Origin: Candidatus Wildermuthbacteria bacterium
GTDB lineage: Bacteria > Patescibacteriota > Minisyncoccia > Minisyncoccales > UBA10102
Direction: 5' to 3'
NCBI GenBank assembly: GCA_016181405.1
Contig: JACOZJ010000003.1
Coordinates: 176,126-240,125, forward strand
Length of the DNA stretch: 64,000 bases
Of this stretch, positions 1-9,542 are shown one piece after another. The first letter of the stretch is position 1. The number at the start of each line of letters is the position of its first letter. The notes under the pieces were generated by a model that ran no database searches, was not told the DNA's origin, and saw nothing but the letters and a program-made list of their open reading frames with translations. Position numbers and translations under genes: made by a program.

Positions 1-716
1 CTCAAAACTACTATTTAATAGCCCTACGAGCCCTTCTAAGCTATTTTTTGGCCAAGGACATAGTTTCCCTGCCTCCGGACAAAGTAACCCTCCCAAAAGA
101 CGCGAAAAATGAGAAAACCATCAAATTCCTTACGTTAGAACAGGTAGAAAAACTGCTCAACGCCCCGGATGCTTCAAACCCTACTGGATTGCGAGATAAA
201 ACCATTCTAGAGACATTGTTTTCAACGGGATTGCGTATTGCGGAGCTCGTAAGTCTCAACCGCGAACAGTTTGATTCTGTTTTGGACAAACAGGATTTTG
301 AGCTTGGCATCATTGGCAAAGGCTCGCGGCCTCGCACAGTGTATTTTTCAGAACGCGCTCTAGAATGGCTCAAAAAGTATCTTAAAACTCGCGGCGACAA
401 ACAAAAGGCCCTTTTCATCAACTATAGGGGGCGTACCCAAGAGGAAAGCCGACTCACCGCTCGTTCCATCGAGCGAATCATCAAAAAATACGCCCTCAAG
501 GCCGGAGTACCCTTCTTTACTACTCCTCATACGCTCCGCCACTCCTATGCTACGGACCTCCTCTCACAAGGCGTGGACTTACGCAGCATTCAGGAATTTC
601 TCGGCCACAAAAATATTATGACTACGCAGATTTATACGCACGTAACCAACAAAAGATTGCGCGATATACACAGACAATATCACAGCGGCAAAAATCTCAA
701 ATCGCAAGGACAATAA
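1..716 (+). CDS. Tyrosine recombinase XerC/XerD family, 5' end outside window
   Basis: Frame open from the window edge (QNYYLIALRALLSYF); catalytic motifs TGLRIAEL, HTLRHSYAT, LGH, TQIY. Confidence 0.92.
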   Translation, partial: QNYYLIALRALLSYFLAKDIVSLPPDKVTLPKDAKNEKTIKFLTLEQVEKLLNAPDASNPTGLRDKTILETLFSTGLRIAELVSLNREQFDSVLDKQDFELGIIGKGSRPRTVYFSERALEWLKKYLKTRGDKQKALFINYRGRTQEESRLTARSIERIIKKYALKAGVPFFTTPHTLRHSYATDLLSQGVDLRSIQEFLGHKNIMTTQIYTHVTNKRLRDIHRQYHSGKNLKSQGQ

Positions 717-739
717 TACCGGGTTTTCAAGCCCGGTAT
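716..739 (+). terminator. Hairpin after xer stop
   Basis: ATACCGGG-ttttcaag-CCCGGTAT inverted repeat. Confidence 0.5.
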
Positions 740-827
740 CTTCCATATTCAAAATGTCGCACAATATTTAATCTGAAAATCCTCCCCGTAACACGGTTCT
801 TTTGCTTTGCTTCCAAGCAGAATATTG

Positions 828-1079
828 CTATGTTCCTTCTAAAATACCTACGAGAGCTCCTTCGGACGCTTTTTCCAAAACTTTTACTCCTACTTCATCC
901 CCTGCCTCCCCTCTTTCGATCGGCTTATAATCTTTTTGCATCGAGGTCACCTCTTGCTCAAACACATGATCTCCCTTTTCTATTCTGATGTGATCTCCTA
1001 GCTTGAGTTCATCTTGGAGCTTAACAATTGCTACTCCTGCTTTTCCGTAGTAATGAGTAACCTTACCTATTGGTTTCAT
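828..1079 (-). CDS. Small EF-Tu domain-2-like beta-barrel protein (U32 C-terminal-like)
   Basis: IGKVTHYY..GVA..L..GD.I...Q.V.SMQ...G.EVGVKV pattern. Confidence 0.75.
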   Translation of the reverse strand: MKPIGKVTHYYGKAGVAIVKLQDELKLGDHIRIEKGDHVFEQEVTSMQKDYKPIERGEAGDEVGVKVLEKASEGALVGILEGT

Positions 1080-1150
1080 AGTAATTGCTTGAAATTCTGT
1101 CTCGACCTTTCCCCTATTTTCATATTACTACTTTTCTTCCGATGAAGAAA

Positions 1151-1648
1151 TTATGAATTCAGTTGCCAGATTGAATAGTTGAGATACGCGGCAAAAGCAA
1201 CCCAACCAGCATATGGAAGCAGCAAATACGCAGCTCCCCTACTAATGCCCCAAAACTGCCATATGGTTGCCAAGATCACGAGAAACAATATTGCAATACC
1301 GAATAACGCGAGTAATGGCTCTCTTAGTCCAAAAAAGAGATACGACCACAAAGCGTTGAGCGCCAATTGGAAAAAAAACAATCGGAGAGCTGCGCAATGG
1401 CATTGTTCTTTTGTTCTCTTTCTCCATACGAGATACAGCGCGATACCCATAAACGTGTAGAGCGTAAACCACACGGGGCCAAACACCCAGCCAGACGGTG
1501 TCAAAAAAGGCTTTGCAAGCTGCGCGTACCACGTGGGGGTTGCGGACACCGTAAAAATCGAACCTACAACGCCGGCAATCTGGCAAACCGCGATCGCAAT
1601 GGCGAGCTTAAGGATTTCTTTCACTTTTTTATTTAAGCTTGCTGCCAA
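1151..1648 (-). CDS. tspO: TspO/MBR tryptophan-rich sensory protein
   Basis: WY..LAKP..TPSGWVFGPVW, QLALNALWS.LFF, LLPY..WV.FA.YLN. Confidence 0.93.
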   Translation of the reverse strand: MAASLNKKVKEILKLAIAIAVCQIAGVVGSIFTVSATPTWYAQLAKPFLTPSGWVFGPVWFTLYTFMGIALYLVWRKRTKEQCHCAALRLFFFQLALNALWSYLFFGLREPLLALFGIAILFLVILATIWQFWGISRGAAYLLLPYAGWVAFAAYLNYSIWQLNS

Positions 1649-1970
1649 GCTCCACGCTTATCTTTGCGGGCGTAATCAATATCCAGCCTAAACCTTCGGC
1701 ATTCTTAAATCCCAATGTTAATACTTCAGATTCAAAGTTTGCGACTTTCTTGGGCGGAAAATTGACAACACAACACACTAACATACCTTGCAATTCTTCT
1801 TTGGTGTGAGCGCCCACCGCTTGCACGCTTGAAGATTTTGTGCCGATTTCCGGTCCAAAATCTATCTTAAGTTTAAAGGCGGGATTTCTGGCTTCTGGAA
1901 AATCTGCTGCCTCTACTATTCTCCCCAGCCTAATATCAACCTTCGCAAAATCTTCGTAAGATATAATCAT
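1629..1970 (-). CDS. csaA: CsaA-type tRNA-binding OB-fold protein
   Basis: F.KVDIRLG.I..A.DFP.AR.PA.KL.IDFG, VVNFPPK...F.SEVL.LG. Confidence 0.88.
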   Translation of the reverse strand: MIISYEDFAKVDIRLGRIVEAADFPEARNPAFKLKIDFGPEIGTKSSSVQAVGAHTKEELQGMLVCCVVNFPPKKVANFESEVLTLGFKNAEGLGWILITPAKISVELGSKLK

Positions 1971-2032
1971 TTGTGTATTCTATCAAAAAACCACCTCTCT
2001 GGCGAATTCCGCGGCAATACACCTAAATTGTG

Positions 2033-2305
2033 TTATAGTTCCTTCGCGAAGTCGGGAAACTTTCGCTGCACTTCCCACACATCAAAACTCCGCATTATAG
2101 AATATTTGGACTGCTTTTTTAGCAAGAAACGAAAACATTTTTTTATGAGATCCTCGGGTGACACTCGCCCACCAGTAAGCGTTTCCCAATGCTGGCGGTC
2201 TACCTTTACCAAAAACCCGACATCTTCTGAATCATGTCCGAGGAGAACCGCATACCTCCATGTTGATCCATCTGCAGATTTTCTGATGATTTGAATCGGC
2301 TCCAT
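2033..2305 (-). CDS. Conserved hypothetical protein
   Basis: 90 aa ORF, co-directional, LI..F.FLL..Q....I...F......FPDF pattern. Confidence 0.65.
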   Translation of the reverse strand: MEPIQIIRKSADGSTWRYAVLLGHDSEDVGFLVKVDRQHWETLTGGRVSPEDLIKKCFRFLLKKQSKYSIMRSFDVWEVQRKFPDFAKEL

Positions 2306-2669
2306 GGAACTACATTAATTTAAATACTTTCAGTGAAAATCAAAATGTCTTTAGATTTTAAAGATTCCCATTGAAAATATTTAATTTTTGAAAGGTTCTC
2401 CCACTTTCATTAAAACAATATCAACCGGCCTTGTCAACCCCGTCCAGCCCGCAAACTAAATACCCTGGCCATATCTGATAAGATTTAGGGATTGAGAAAA
2501 ACTATCTATCGCGAAGATTCCTCTACTAGAAGGTTAAGCGAACCACAAATGTCGCACACTGTATTAGGACTTTGGGCGGGAGTGTTCGGAGCGCTTGGCA
2601 AGATTTTGAGCCCGCACAATCTTGCGATACCGAAAGCTCGAAGGCGTACGGTACGCGGGCTTCCCTGCC

Positions 2670-3737
2670 TTACCCCCTACTTTGCTGTAATTTTTCATAG
2701 AGTATGTTTTTCTTAATAGCTCCTTCCTCACGAATCACGTAGTCCAAAATTCCCAAGAGCACAATGTTACCCGCGAGCCCGGCGAGAGCGCCAAGTTCTT
2801 CTCGGAAAAATAGCAGCACATTAACCAAGAATATCGAAACAAGGACCGCGGAGCGGAAGAAATGATATGCGGCAAGCCGCGAGCGGCGCATCTGAATTAT
2901 TCCCGCCACTACCAGCAAGCCCGCGACAGCAGACGAGATTAACTCTCCCACCTCGAAAAAAGAAATATCCGAAAAATCCCATGCGAGCGAGAATCCGCGC
3001 GCGCGCCATACAACCAACAATATTTGCACTATCGCAAAAAGCGAATTCCAGATAAACACAAGAACGACCACCTTCGAGAACTGCGGAGTTTGCACGAGTT
3101 TCGTGTAAAACCTATGGATAAACTTTCTCCCTTTCTCGTACAGATTTTCTTTTGGCGCGACCGCTGACAATCTCTGCGCGAGAGATTCTAGAGCCTGTCT
3201 TACAGGATGTGCGGGAGGAACACCTTCAATAAGCTTTGCAAGCTGCGCTTTTTCTTTCTCATCCATGCCGCGCAACACTGCCTCCTTCGTAAGTTCGAGT
3301 GCATTCACCAAAGATTCCTGCTCGGTCATGCTCTGGAATTGCCCAATGTATCGAAACACCAAATAGAGTAAAACAAAGATAATATAAATGAGGGCGACTG
3401 TGGGCTGAAAAAAGTAGTTATGGTCGCTTGTAATAAATTTACCCAGCTCGTCGATAAACGCGCCGAAGCCCGCTCCACCAAAAATCGCAGCGAATTTCTG
3501 TACAGACCCTCCTAAGAATCCCAGCACAAGCACAAGCGCGGCAAGCATAAAAAACCCGCCCCAAAGCATATGGGCAATGTGAAGCGACCCTAACGTCAAT
3601 TGTGGATATCCGGTAATCTGTAGATAAAAACGAATGAGGAGAAAGGTAGAAATCGCGGAAACCAAAAACATCTCGAGCAGGTTTTCTGCCTCCATATTTC
3701 GTACGAAAAATTGTGGAACTTTCCGCCCTTCCTTCAT
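2670..3737 (-). CDS. Polytopic membrane protein, function unknown
   Basis: 355 aa, multiple TM helices, HIAHMLWGG and FIDELGKFITSD..YF motifs. Confidence 0.8.
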   Translation of the reverse strand: MKEGRKVPQFFVRNMEAENLLEMFLVSAISTFLLIRFYLQITGYPQLTLGSLHIAHMLWGGFFMLAALVLVLGFLGGSVQKFAAIFGGAGFGAFIDELGKFITSDHNYFFQPTVALIYIIFVLLYLVFRYIGQFQSMTEQESLVNALELTKEAVLRGMDEKEKAQLAKLIEGVPPAHPVRQALESLAQRLSAVAPKENLYEKGRKFIHRFYTKLVQTPQFSKVVVLVFIWNSLFAIVQILLVVWRARGFSLAWDFSDISFFEVGELISSAVAGLLVVAGIIQMRRSRLAAYHFFRSAVLVSIFLVNVLLFFREELGALAGLAGNIVLLGILDYVIREEGAIKKNILYEKLQQSRG

Positions 3738-3884
3738 TTAGAAATACTACCGAGAACTTTGGTAGTAATTACCCGTTACCCTATCATATTTGGGCGCATT
3801 TCGCAATCCAAAAAATAAACTGCGGCTGGGATTTTGATCCCAAGCCGCAGTTATCGTACGAACTGAAGGGTTTTCATGCCTTCT

Positions 3885-4088
3885 CTACCTTTTGGTAATT
3901 TGTATTGCAACCTTTAAATCAGTGGGGCTCTCGAATGCCTCTATGGGCAAATCATCGAGCATCGCAATCATGTCTTCGGACGCCCCTTTTCTGACTGCTT
4001 CATTCACGAGCGCTTCCTTTCTTATTGGATAGACAATATCACGCAGTACCCTTTCAGCCCGTTTCGCCTTGGGCATCAGGTACGGCAT
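3885..4088 (-). CDS. DUF2795-like small protein
   Basis: L....YP..KE.LV..A...GA......L..LP...F.SP.D pattern. Confidence 0.75.
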   Translation of the reverse strand: MPYLMPKAKRAERVLRDIVYPIRKEALVNEAVRKGASEDMIAMLDDLPIEAFESPTDLKVAIQITKR

Positions 4089-4162
4089 AGAAGTATGGAA
4101 TGACGCATTATTATGCGATCGACCTTTGTGTCTTTATTATAAAGTATAAGCAAGTAACCCTG

Positions 4163-4576
4163 TCAAGAGTTTGTGTCTTCTTTTTCTAATGCAAGGCAGA
4201 CCGAATTGATGCAATAACGCTTGCCGCCCATGGGACCACCCGCCTTGCTTCGCAAATGGCGAGGCAGGTCATCAAACACATGGCCGAGATGCGAGCCGCA
4301 CCGCTTGCATTGCACTTCGGTCCTGCGCATACCGCCACTCAGATCCTCTTTGAGCTCGATATTCTTGAGATTCGCTGGTTCAGTAAAACTCGGCCAGCCA
4401 GTACCCGAATCAAACTTCGTATCAGAAGAAAACAGCTCAACTCCGCACGAGGCGCATTTGTACATTCCTTTCTCATGCGAATTCCAATACTTACCGGAAA
4501 AGGGCTGCTCGGTCCCCTTCTCCCGCATCACGTAATACTGCTCTGGCGTAAGTTTTTCCTTCCATTCATCTTTCAT
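4163..4576 (-). CDS. msrB: Peptide-methionine (R)-S-oxide reductase
   Basis: [29 protein letters not shown]. Confidence 0.96.
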   Translation of the reverse strand: MKDEWKEKLTPEQYYVMREKGTEQPFSGKYWNSHEKGMYKCASCGVELFSSDTKFDSGTGWPSFTEPANLKNIELKEDLSGGMRRTEVQCKRCGSHLGHVFDDLPRHLRSKAGGPMGGKRYCINSVCLALEKEDTNS

Positions 4577-4580
4577 AGTG

Positions 4581-5120
4581 TTATTTTAGCAGATGGGCGT
4601 ATTTTTGCTGAAGTTTTTGGATTTTCGGGTCAATAACCATTTGGCAGTATGGCGCGTCTCTATTGCGATCGTAATACTCTCGGTGATAAACCTCTGCTTC
4701 GTAGAAATTGGTGAGCGGCTTTATCTCCGTAACGATTGCGCCTTTGTACACTCCTTCTTCTTCGAGCTGCCGTATAAACAATTGCGTAATATGTTCCTGT
4801 TCTTTCGTTGTATAGAATAGAGAAGAACGATATTGACCCCCAACATCCGGCCCCTGCCGGTTGACCTGCGTGGGATCGTGCGTGGAAAAAAACACTGAAA
4901 GAAGCTGTTCATATGAAATAACGCTCGGGTCATATTCAACTTTGATAACCTCTGCATACCCTGTCGTTCCGCTACATACCTGCTCGTATGTAGGATTCTT
5001 TGCGGTACCACCCGCATATCCCGATGTCACATTCTCAACGCCGCGCAATCTTTTGAATACTGCTTCGCCGCACCAGAAACACCCGCCTCCGAACACCGCA
5101 ATTTCGTTTTGTTTTTTCAT
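4581..5120 (-). CDS. msrA: Peptide-methionine (S)-S-oxide reductase
   Basis: [41 protein letters not shown]. Confidence 0.96.
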   Translation of the reverse strand: MKKQNEIAVFGGGCFWCGEAVFKRLRGVENVTSGYAGGTAKNPTYEQVCSGTTGYAEVIKVEYDPSVISYEQLLSVFFSTHDPTQVNRQGPDVGGQYRSSLFYTTKEQEHITQLFIRQLEEEGVYKGAIVTEIKPLTNFYEAEVYHREYYDRNRDAPYCQMVIDPKIQKLQQKYAHLLK

Positions 5121-5887
5121 ATTTCCTTAAGAAACTGTAAAATCCCCTGCGCAATCCCCTGAGCGGCCATGTGCGGATTAGTGAGGATAACAGCGCGATC
5201 GCGAGGGTTGGGAAGGTATCCCGTTTCAATGATTGCCGCGGGTGTTGCAGGATGAACGGCGTATAAAAATTTGCTGGAGTTGAAGGCATAATAATATGGC
5301 ATTGATGCGGGGATATAACTTTCCTTCGTAAGCCAAGTCGCTTTACGATACTCTTCACCCAGAAGTTGGGCGAGCCGCTTTGCTTCTCCGCTTTGGTCAA
5401 ACGCTGAAGCTGCCACCTTAAACCCGGAAGCATACGGAAGGCTAGGATTTTGATCGGCGTGAATCGCCACGAAAACATCTGCCCTATAAATGCTCGGCAG
5501 TATAGCGGGCAATAGAGTTACGCCGATACCTTCAGCCTCAAGAATCTTAGCGGTTTCTTGAGCTATGGCAAGGCTCACTTCCCATTCCATTTTTCCACCG
5601 CCCTGTGCCTGCCGTTCTTGGTCTAACGCCCGAAGTTCCCAGGGTACTTCTTCCATCTTCCAATGGCCTACCTGCAAAGCAACCTGCTTTTGGTCTGTGG
5701 AGGCAAGGACCGCCTGCGCGGGCTGTTGAAGCATCACCTGCCTCAAGGACTCGCGAATGACCAAAGCCTGCTCCATAAGTTTATCCACCTGTGCCTTCAG
5801 ACTTGCCACATCCGAAGCCATAGCAAAAGTGGGGTTTGACAACCCCACTATGCTTCCTATGAAAATGGCAATAAAAAGCTTTCTCAT
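5117..5887 (-). CDS. Secreted N-acetylmuramoyl-L-alanine amidase (Amidase_3-like)
   Basis: Signal peptide from MRKLF; QVGH, E, IHAD and IETGY zinc/catalytic residues. Confidence 0.8.
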   Translation of the reverse strand: MRKLFIAIFIGSIVGLSNPTFAMASDVASLKAQVDKLMEQALVIRESLRQVMLQQPAQAVLASTDQKQVALQVGHWKMEEVPWELRALDQERQAQGGGKMEWEVSLAIAQETAKILEAEGIGVTLLPAILPSIYRADVFVAIHADQNPSLPYASGFKVAASAFDQSGEAKRLAQLLGEEYRKATWLTKESYIPASMPYYYAFNSSKFLYAVHPATPAAIIETGYLPNPRDRAVILTNPHMAAQGIAQGILQFLKEI

Positions 5888-5919
5888 TCTAGCACCAAGA
5901 CGACTATGCCACAAAAGTA

Positions 5920-6327
5920 TTACAAAGACCTCCTCTTTGCCCGCAGACCCCTCGCACGCTTCTTCTCGGCGATTTCTCTATCACTCCAGCCGAAGTGATG
6001 GGCAATCTCGTGATTCACCGTGGCGCGCACCTCACGCTCCACTTCTTCGGGCGTGTCGGCAAAACGCTCAATATTTTTCTGGAAAATAGTAATTTTATTG
6101 GGGAGAACATTGCCAAACCCTTTCCCCCATGCAGTTTCAGATACTCCCTCAAACAGCCCAAGCAAAATGTCGCCGCGCCGCGATCCAGTTTCCTCGAGCT
6201 GCTCTCGCGTCGGCAGGTCTTCCAAACACACGGCTACATTTTCGATGCGTTTTTTCACTTTCCCTGGAAGTTTCTCCAAAGCCCGATTTACCATTTTTTC
6301 AAATTGCTCCCGTGAGTACTTGAGCAT
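5920..6327 (-). CDS. Zincin-like metallopeptidase (DUF1025/Zincin_1)
   Basis: LLGLFEG, P.KITIF, HEIAHHFG. Confidence 0.88.
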   Translation of the reverse strand: MLKYSREQFEKMVNRALEKLPGKVKKRIENVAVCLEDLPTREQLEETGSRRGDILLGLFEGVSETAWGKGFGNVLPNKITIFQKNIERFADTPEEVEREVRATVNHEIAHHFGWSDREIAEKKRARGLRAKRRSL

Positions 6328-6336
6328 ACTCCCCTC

Positions 6337-7410
6337 TCACTCTTTCCGATATTGATGTTCCCAAAGCATAATTCCCAGGAAGGCAAACGCGAGAACCGCA
6401 CCGTAAGCCACCAAGAGAGAAACAATGCCGTATTCGGGAATAAAATTCATTGCGAAAGCAAAATACCACGAAAAAAGCGCAAGCGCCCCAATAACAAGTG
6501 CTGGCCGCCGCAAAACAGTAAACCCTGCTGTGCTATCGTCCTTTGATATCTTAGAAAACGGAATAAAAGCCAAGAAAGGAGCATAAATAATCATAAATAC
6601 CGCGCCTGCGAATGCCGCCACGAACAAAGCGATCATTTCAACAAGAAAAACCCATGAACCCACAAACTCTGTGGGATTAGCCACATAGAGAGCAAACTGG
6701 CTCATTACGCAAAACGCGAGACCAACCCAGACAAGTTCGAGAACATCCTTAATAGCTGATAATTCTTTTTCATCAATGTCAGAATCGCGCAAGAACTGCA
6801 AAAACAAAAATACCGCGGACGTCGCTCCTCCCATACCTAACGCGAAACCCAAAAACTTAAGCATAATCAGCAAACTTGTCACGCTCTGCAAAAACATAAT
6901 CGCCTCTCCTAAGCTGACGAGGGCAATAAAGAAAATAGTAAGCGAGAACATTGAGGAAAGGATGCACCAGATGCACCACTTTTTCAGAAGAAATGCCTGC
7001 ACAAACAACAAGTATCCGGAAAAAAGCGAAGCCGACGCGGTAAGCAGCATAAGTCCTGCGCGGAAGATGCCTTCAAAAAATTGCGGAGCCAAAAGCATAA
7101 AAACGTACGAGAAAAAAATAATGGAAAAATACAACATTCCGAGATATTCAAGCCGTATTTCGAAAAATTTTGAATACTTGCTTGTTACCACCGCGTTGCA
7201 CTCGCCGCCCGAAGGGCATACCAATTGTTTGCCGCGTGACTTCGCATACCAAACGTAGGAGGAAACCCCGAATCCTCCGAGCGCGGCTACTGCCACAAAC
7301 GCATAGAACCCTTCCGGCTGCGGAAAGATTACGGTAAGGAAAAATCCGCTAATTCCAAATAACATCAGGCCAAACCACAGGAATATTTCTCTTGAGATAT
7401 ACAGCTTCAT
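6337..7410 (-). CDS. Vitamin K epoxide reductase family protein with C-terminal membrane extension
   Basis: C....C..V..S.YS loop cysteines and WCIWC redox motif. Confidence 0.85.
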   Translation of the reverse strand: MKLYISREIFLWFGLMLFGISGFFLTVIFPQPEGFYAFVAVAALGGFGVSSYVWYAKSRGKQLVCPSGGECNAVVTSKYSKFFEIRLEYLGMLYFSIIFFSYVFMLLAPQFFEGIFRAGLMLLTASASLFSGYLLFVQAFLLKKWCIWCILSSMFSLTIFFIALVSLGEAIMFLQSVTSLLIMLKFLGFALGMGGATSAVFLFLQFLRDSDIDEKELSAIKDVLELVWVGLAFCVMSQFALYVANPTEFVGSWVFLVEMIALFVAAFAGAVFMIIYAPFLAFIPFSKISKDDSTAGFTVLRRPALVIGALALFSWYFAFAMNFIPEYGIVSLLVAYGAVLAFAFLGIMLWEHQYRKE

Positions 7411-7949
7411 TTTGAGAAACGCACGGGCATAATAAGTCGGTCGTCGTGTTCGGGCAATCCGGAAGGATTATCTTTTTCGAAAACCAGTGTGCCCTGTTCA
7501 GTGTCTGGTGTTTCGAACTCAAGTGTAGCAAGAAATGGCACAAAATCTTGTGTCATCCATTCATCCTGCGCCTGTACTATAGCAACTGCGATTTCGTTCC
7601 CATCGCCGTCGAAAAGTCGGGCGGGAAAAGAAGCCTCGAAAAACCAAACTCCTCTTGCCTCACCTTCCAATACAAGCGGGCTCGCAATTGTTTGATTCGG
7701 CCGCGGATTAGTAACCCGAATCAAACCATTCTTTTCGAGTTCGTTACCAATGTATTCGGCGAATGTTTTGCCATCTGGCGTCTTACACTGCCTGGGATAG
7801 CTTTCCATCACAGGGTATCCGGCCGAAACACATTCTTGGAAGTTTGTGACCGCAGGCACATTCTCTTTATCCTGAAAAACCTTGTAGGAAATCACGGCGA
7901 CAACTGCGACAAGAATAAAAATCGCGATAATTAAAAATGGCTGTTTCAT
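7407..7949 (-). CDS. Membrane-anchored Gmad2 Ig-like domain protein
   Basis: N-terminal TM; FQEC..AG.PVMESYPRQC; G.ARG.WFFEASFP; KDNPSGLPE. Confidence 0.85.
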   Translation of the reverse strand: MKQPFLIIAIFILVAVVAVISYKVFQDKENVPAVTNFQECVSAGYPVMESYPRQCKTPDGKTFAEYIGNELEKNGLIRVTNPRPNQTIASPLVLEGEARGVWFFEASFPARLFDGDGNEIAVAIVQAQDEWMTQDFVPFLATLEFETPDTEQGTLVFEKDNPSGLPEHDDRLIMPVRFSK

Positions 7950-8284
7950 ACTTCTCTTCGTGTATCTATGAGTTTGCTTTTATAGCGGCGAATTTCTGTC
8001 TTGAGCTTTTCTTTTACTTCGTCCAACGCCAAACGGATATCTGAGCCGGTAAATTCTGCGCGGAGCTGCTGGCCTCCTGGAACGGTTTCAAACATTGCTT
8101 CCGCATAGAACACATCACCCTTCCGGTGATGTCTGGTTGCCCGTGCAATCTCAACGAATACGCAAATCTCGTGATTCTTCTCGAAGCTTTTCAAAAACCG
8201 CTCCAAAGAGCCGATGCGCTTTCTTGCGTATTCCTCAATGTCTTCGGTCGGCTGGAATCTTGTATATTTTAATTCAACCTTCAT
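7946..8284 (-). CDS. raiA: Ribosome hibernation factor HPF/RaiA
   Basis: HH.KG.VF.AE, L.AE....D...A.D..K.KL..EI.RYK. Confidence 0.85.
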   Translation of the reverse strand: MKVELKYTRFQPTEDIEEYARKRIGSLERFLKSFEKNHEICVFVEIARATRHHRKGDVFYAEAMFETVPGGQQLRAEFTGSDIRLALDEVKEKLKTEIRRYKSKLIDTRREV

Positions 8285-8325
8285 ACGTTATTACTATTAT
8301 ACCTGTATTTTCGAGTTAGTGTACA

Positions 8326-9027
8326 TCAATGGCCGAAACGTCTTTGGCGCTGCGCGTATTCGGCAAAAGCATCGTCTAAATCCTGTTCTTTAAAATCAGG
8401 CCAATACTTTGGGCAAAAGTAAAGCTCCGCATACGCTCCCTGCCAAAGGACAAAATTCGAAAACCGTTTTTCTCCTCCGGCGCGTATAATAAGATCGGGA
8501 TCGGGAAGGCCGGCGGTTGAAAGTCTTTGAGCAATAGTATCTTCTGTTATTTCTTCTGCCAGAATGCCTTCTTGGACGATTTTGCGTACGGCTTGTGTAA
8601 TATCCCACTTCCCTCCGTAGCTTACAGCCAAGTTTAAGTAAAATCGAGTGTTGTTTTTTGTCTGTTCCTCCACATGGGCAATAACTTTTTGCAAAGAAGG
8701 GCGCAATCGTTCCTTTTGCCCAATAATGCTTACGTGAATCCCCTCTCTCTGGAATTTCTCGATATCTTTGACATTTCCAAGATACTCTTCAAACAAATCC
8801 ATCAGGTAATGGACTTCTTCCTCTGGGCGATTCCAGTTCTCGCTCGAAAAGCCAAAAACGGTAATAACCGTTACCCCTCTTGCCCTGCACCAGTCCAGAA
8901 ACCCTTCAAAATTCTCCTTCCCCCTTCTATGGCCTTCAAGCGTTGGAAACCCCCGTTCTTTTGCCCAACGGCGATTCCCGTCGGGGAAAAGAACCACATG
9001 TTTAGGTATGTTATTCTGTTGTTCCAT
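8326..9027 (-). CDS. uppS: Polyprenyl (undecaprenyl) diphosphate synthase
   Basis: P.HV...PDGNRRWA, FSSENW.RP..EV, PDPDLIIR.GGE.R.SNF.LWQ.AYAEL. Confidence 0.95.
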   Translation of the reverse strand: MEQQNNIPKHVVLFPDGNRRWAKERGFPTLEGHRRGKENFEGFLDWCRARGVTVITVFGFSSENWNRPEEEVHYLMDLFEEYLGNVKDIEKFQREGIHVSIIGQKERLRPSLQKVIAHVEEQTKNNTRFYLNLAVSYGGKWDITQAVRKIVQEGILAEEITEDTIAQRLSTAGLPDPDLIIRAGGEKRFSNFVLWQGAYAELYFCPKYWPDFKEQDLDDAFAEYAQRQRRFGH

Positions 9028-9193
9028 ATTCCTCCATCTGTTCGACTCGAATTGGCTCTTTTAACTGCTCTTTTGCCGTAAGATAGCCGACCGCAAACGA
9101 AAGCAAAGAAACCAACACTACCCCTATAGCGAGTATTATATCAATTTCGTACCTCTTTACTCCATCAAATATTTTTACCAGGATATCCCTCAT
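9011..9193 (-). CDS. Small single-TM hypothetical protein
   Basis: 60 aa, one TM (LVSLLSFAVGYL), overlaps uppS start. Confidence 0.7.
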   Translation of the reverse strand: MRDILVKIFDGVKRYEIDIILAIGVVLVSLLSFAVGYLTAKEQLKEPIRVEQMEEYGTTE

Positions 9194-9263
9194 TTCCCTT
9201 TATTCTTAGCATATATCTAGGGGGGTTTACAAATTCTATTATTTTTGCTACCATAATTACATT

Positions 9264-9542
9264 ATGTCAACAACAAAATCTTCAGGAACAGCGAAAAATA
9301 TGCGGGATTCCGCCCCAAAATATCTTGGGGTAAAGCTTTTTGCGGGCCAAAAAGCCAAAGCTGGCCAGATTCTTGTGCGCCAGCGAGGCACTCACTTTCT
9401 GGCAGGCAAAAACGTAGGAATAGGAAAAGATCATACGCTTTTTGCCCTGGGAGAAGGAGTGGTACAGTTTACCACAAAAAGGAAAATAGCGTTCGACCGC
9501 TCTCGCAGAGAGGCTAAAGTGGTTAATGTGATCTTTTCGTAA
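9264..9542 (+). CDS. rpmA: 50S ribosomal protein L27
   Basis: RDS..KYLGVK..GQ....[20 protein letters not shown]. Confidence 0.97.
   Translation: MSTTKSSGTAKNMRDSAPKYLGVKLFAGQKAKAGQILVRQRGTHFLAGKNVGIGKDHTLFALGEGVVQFTTKRKIAFDRSRREAKVVNVIFS

Noticed and set aside
1-716. Integron integrase or prophage integrase
   Set aside because: No IntI-specific insertion, attC sites or phage genes seen; it looks like the housekeeping Xer recombinase.
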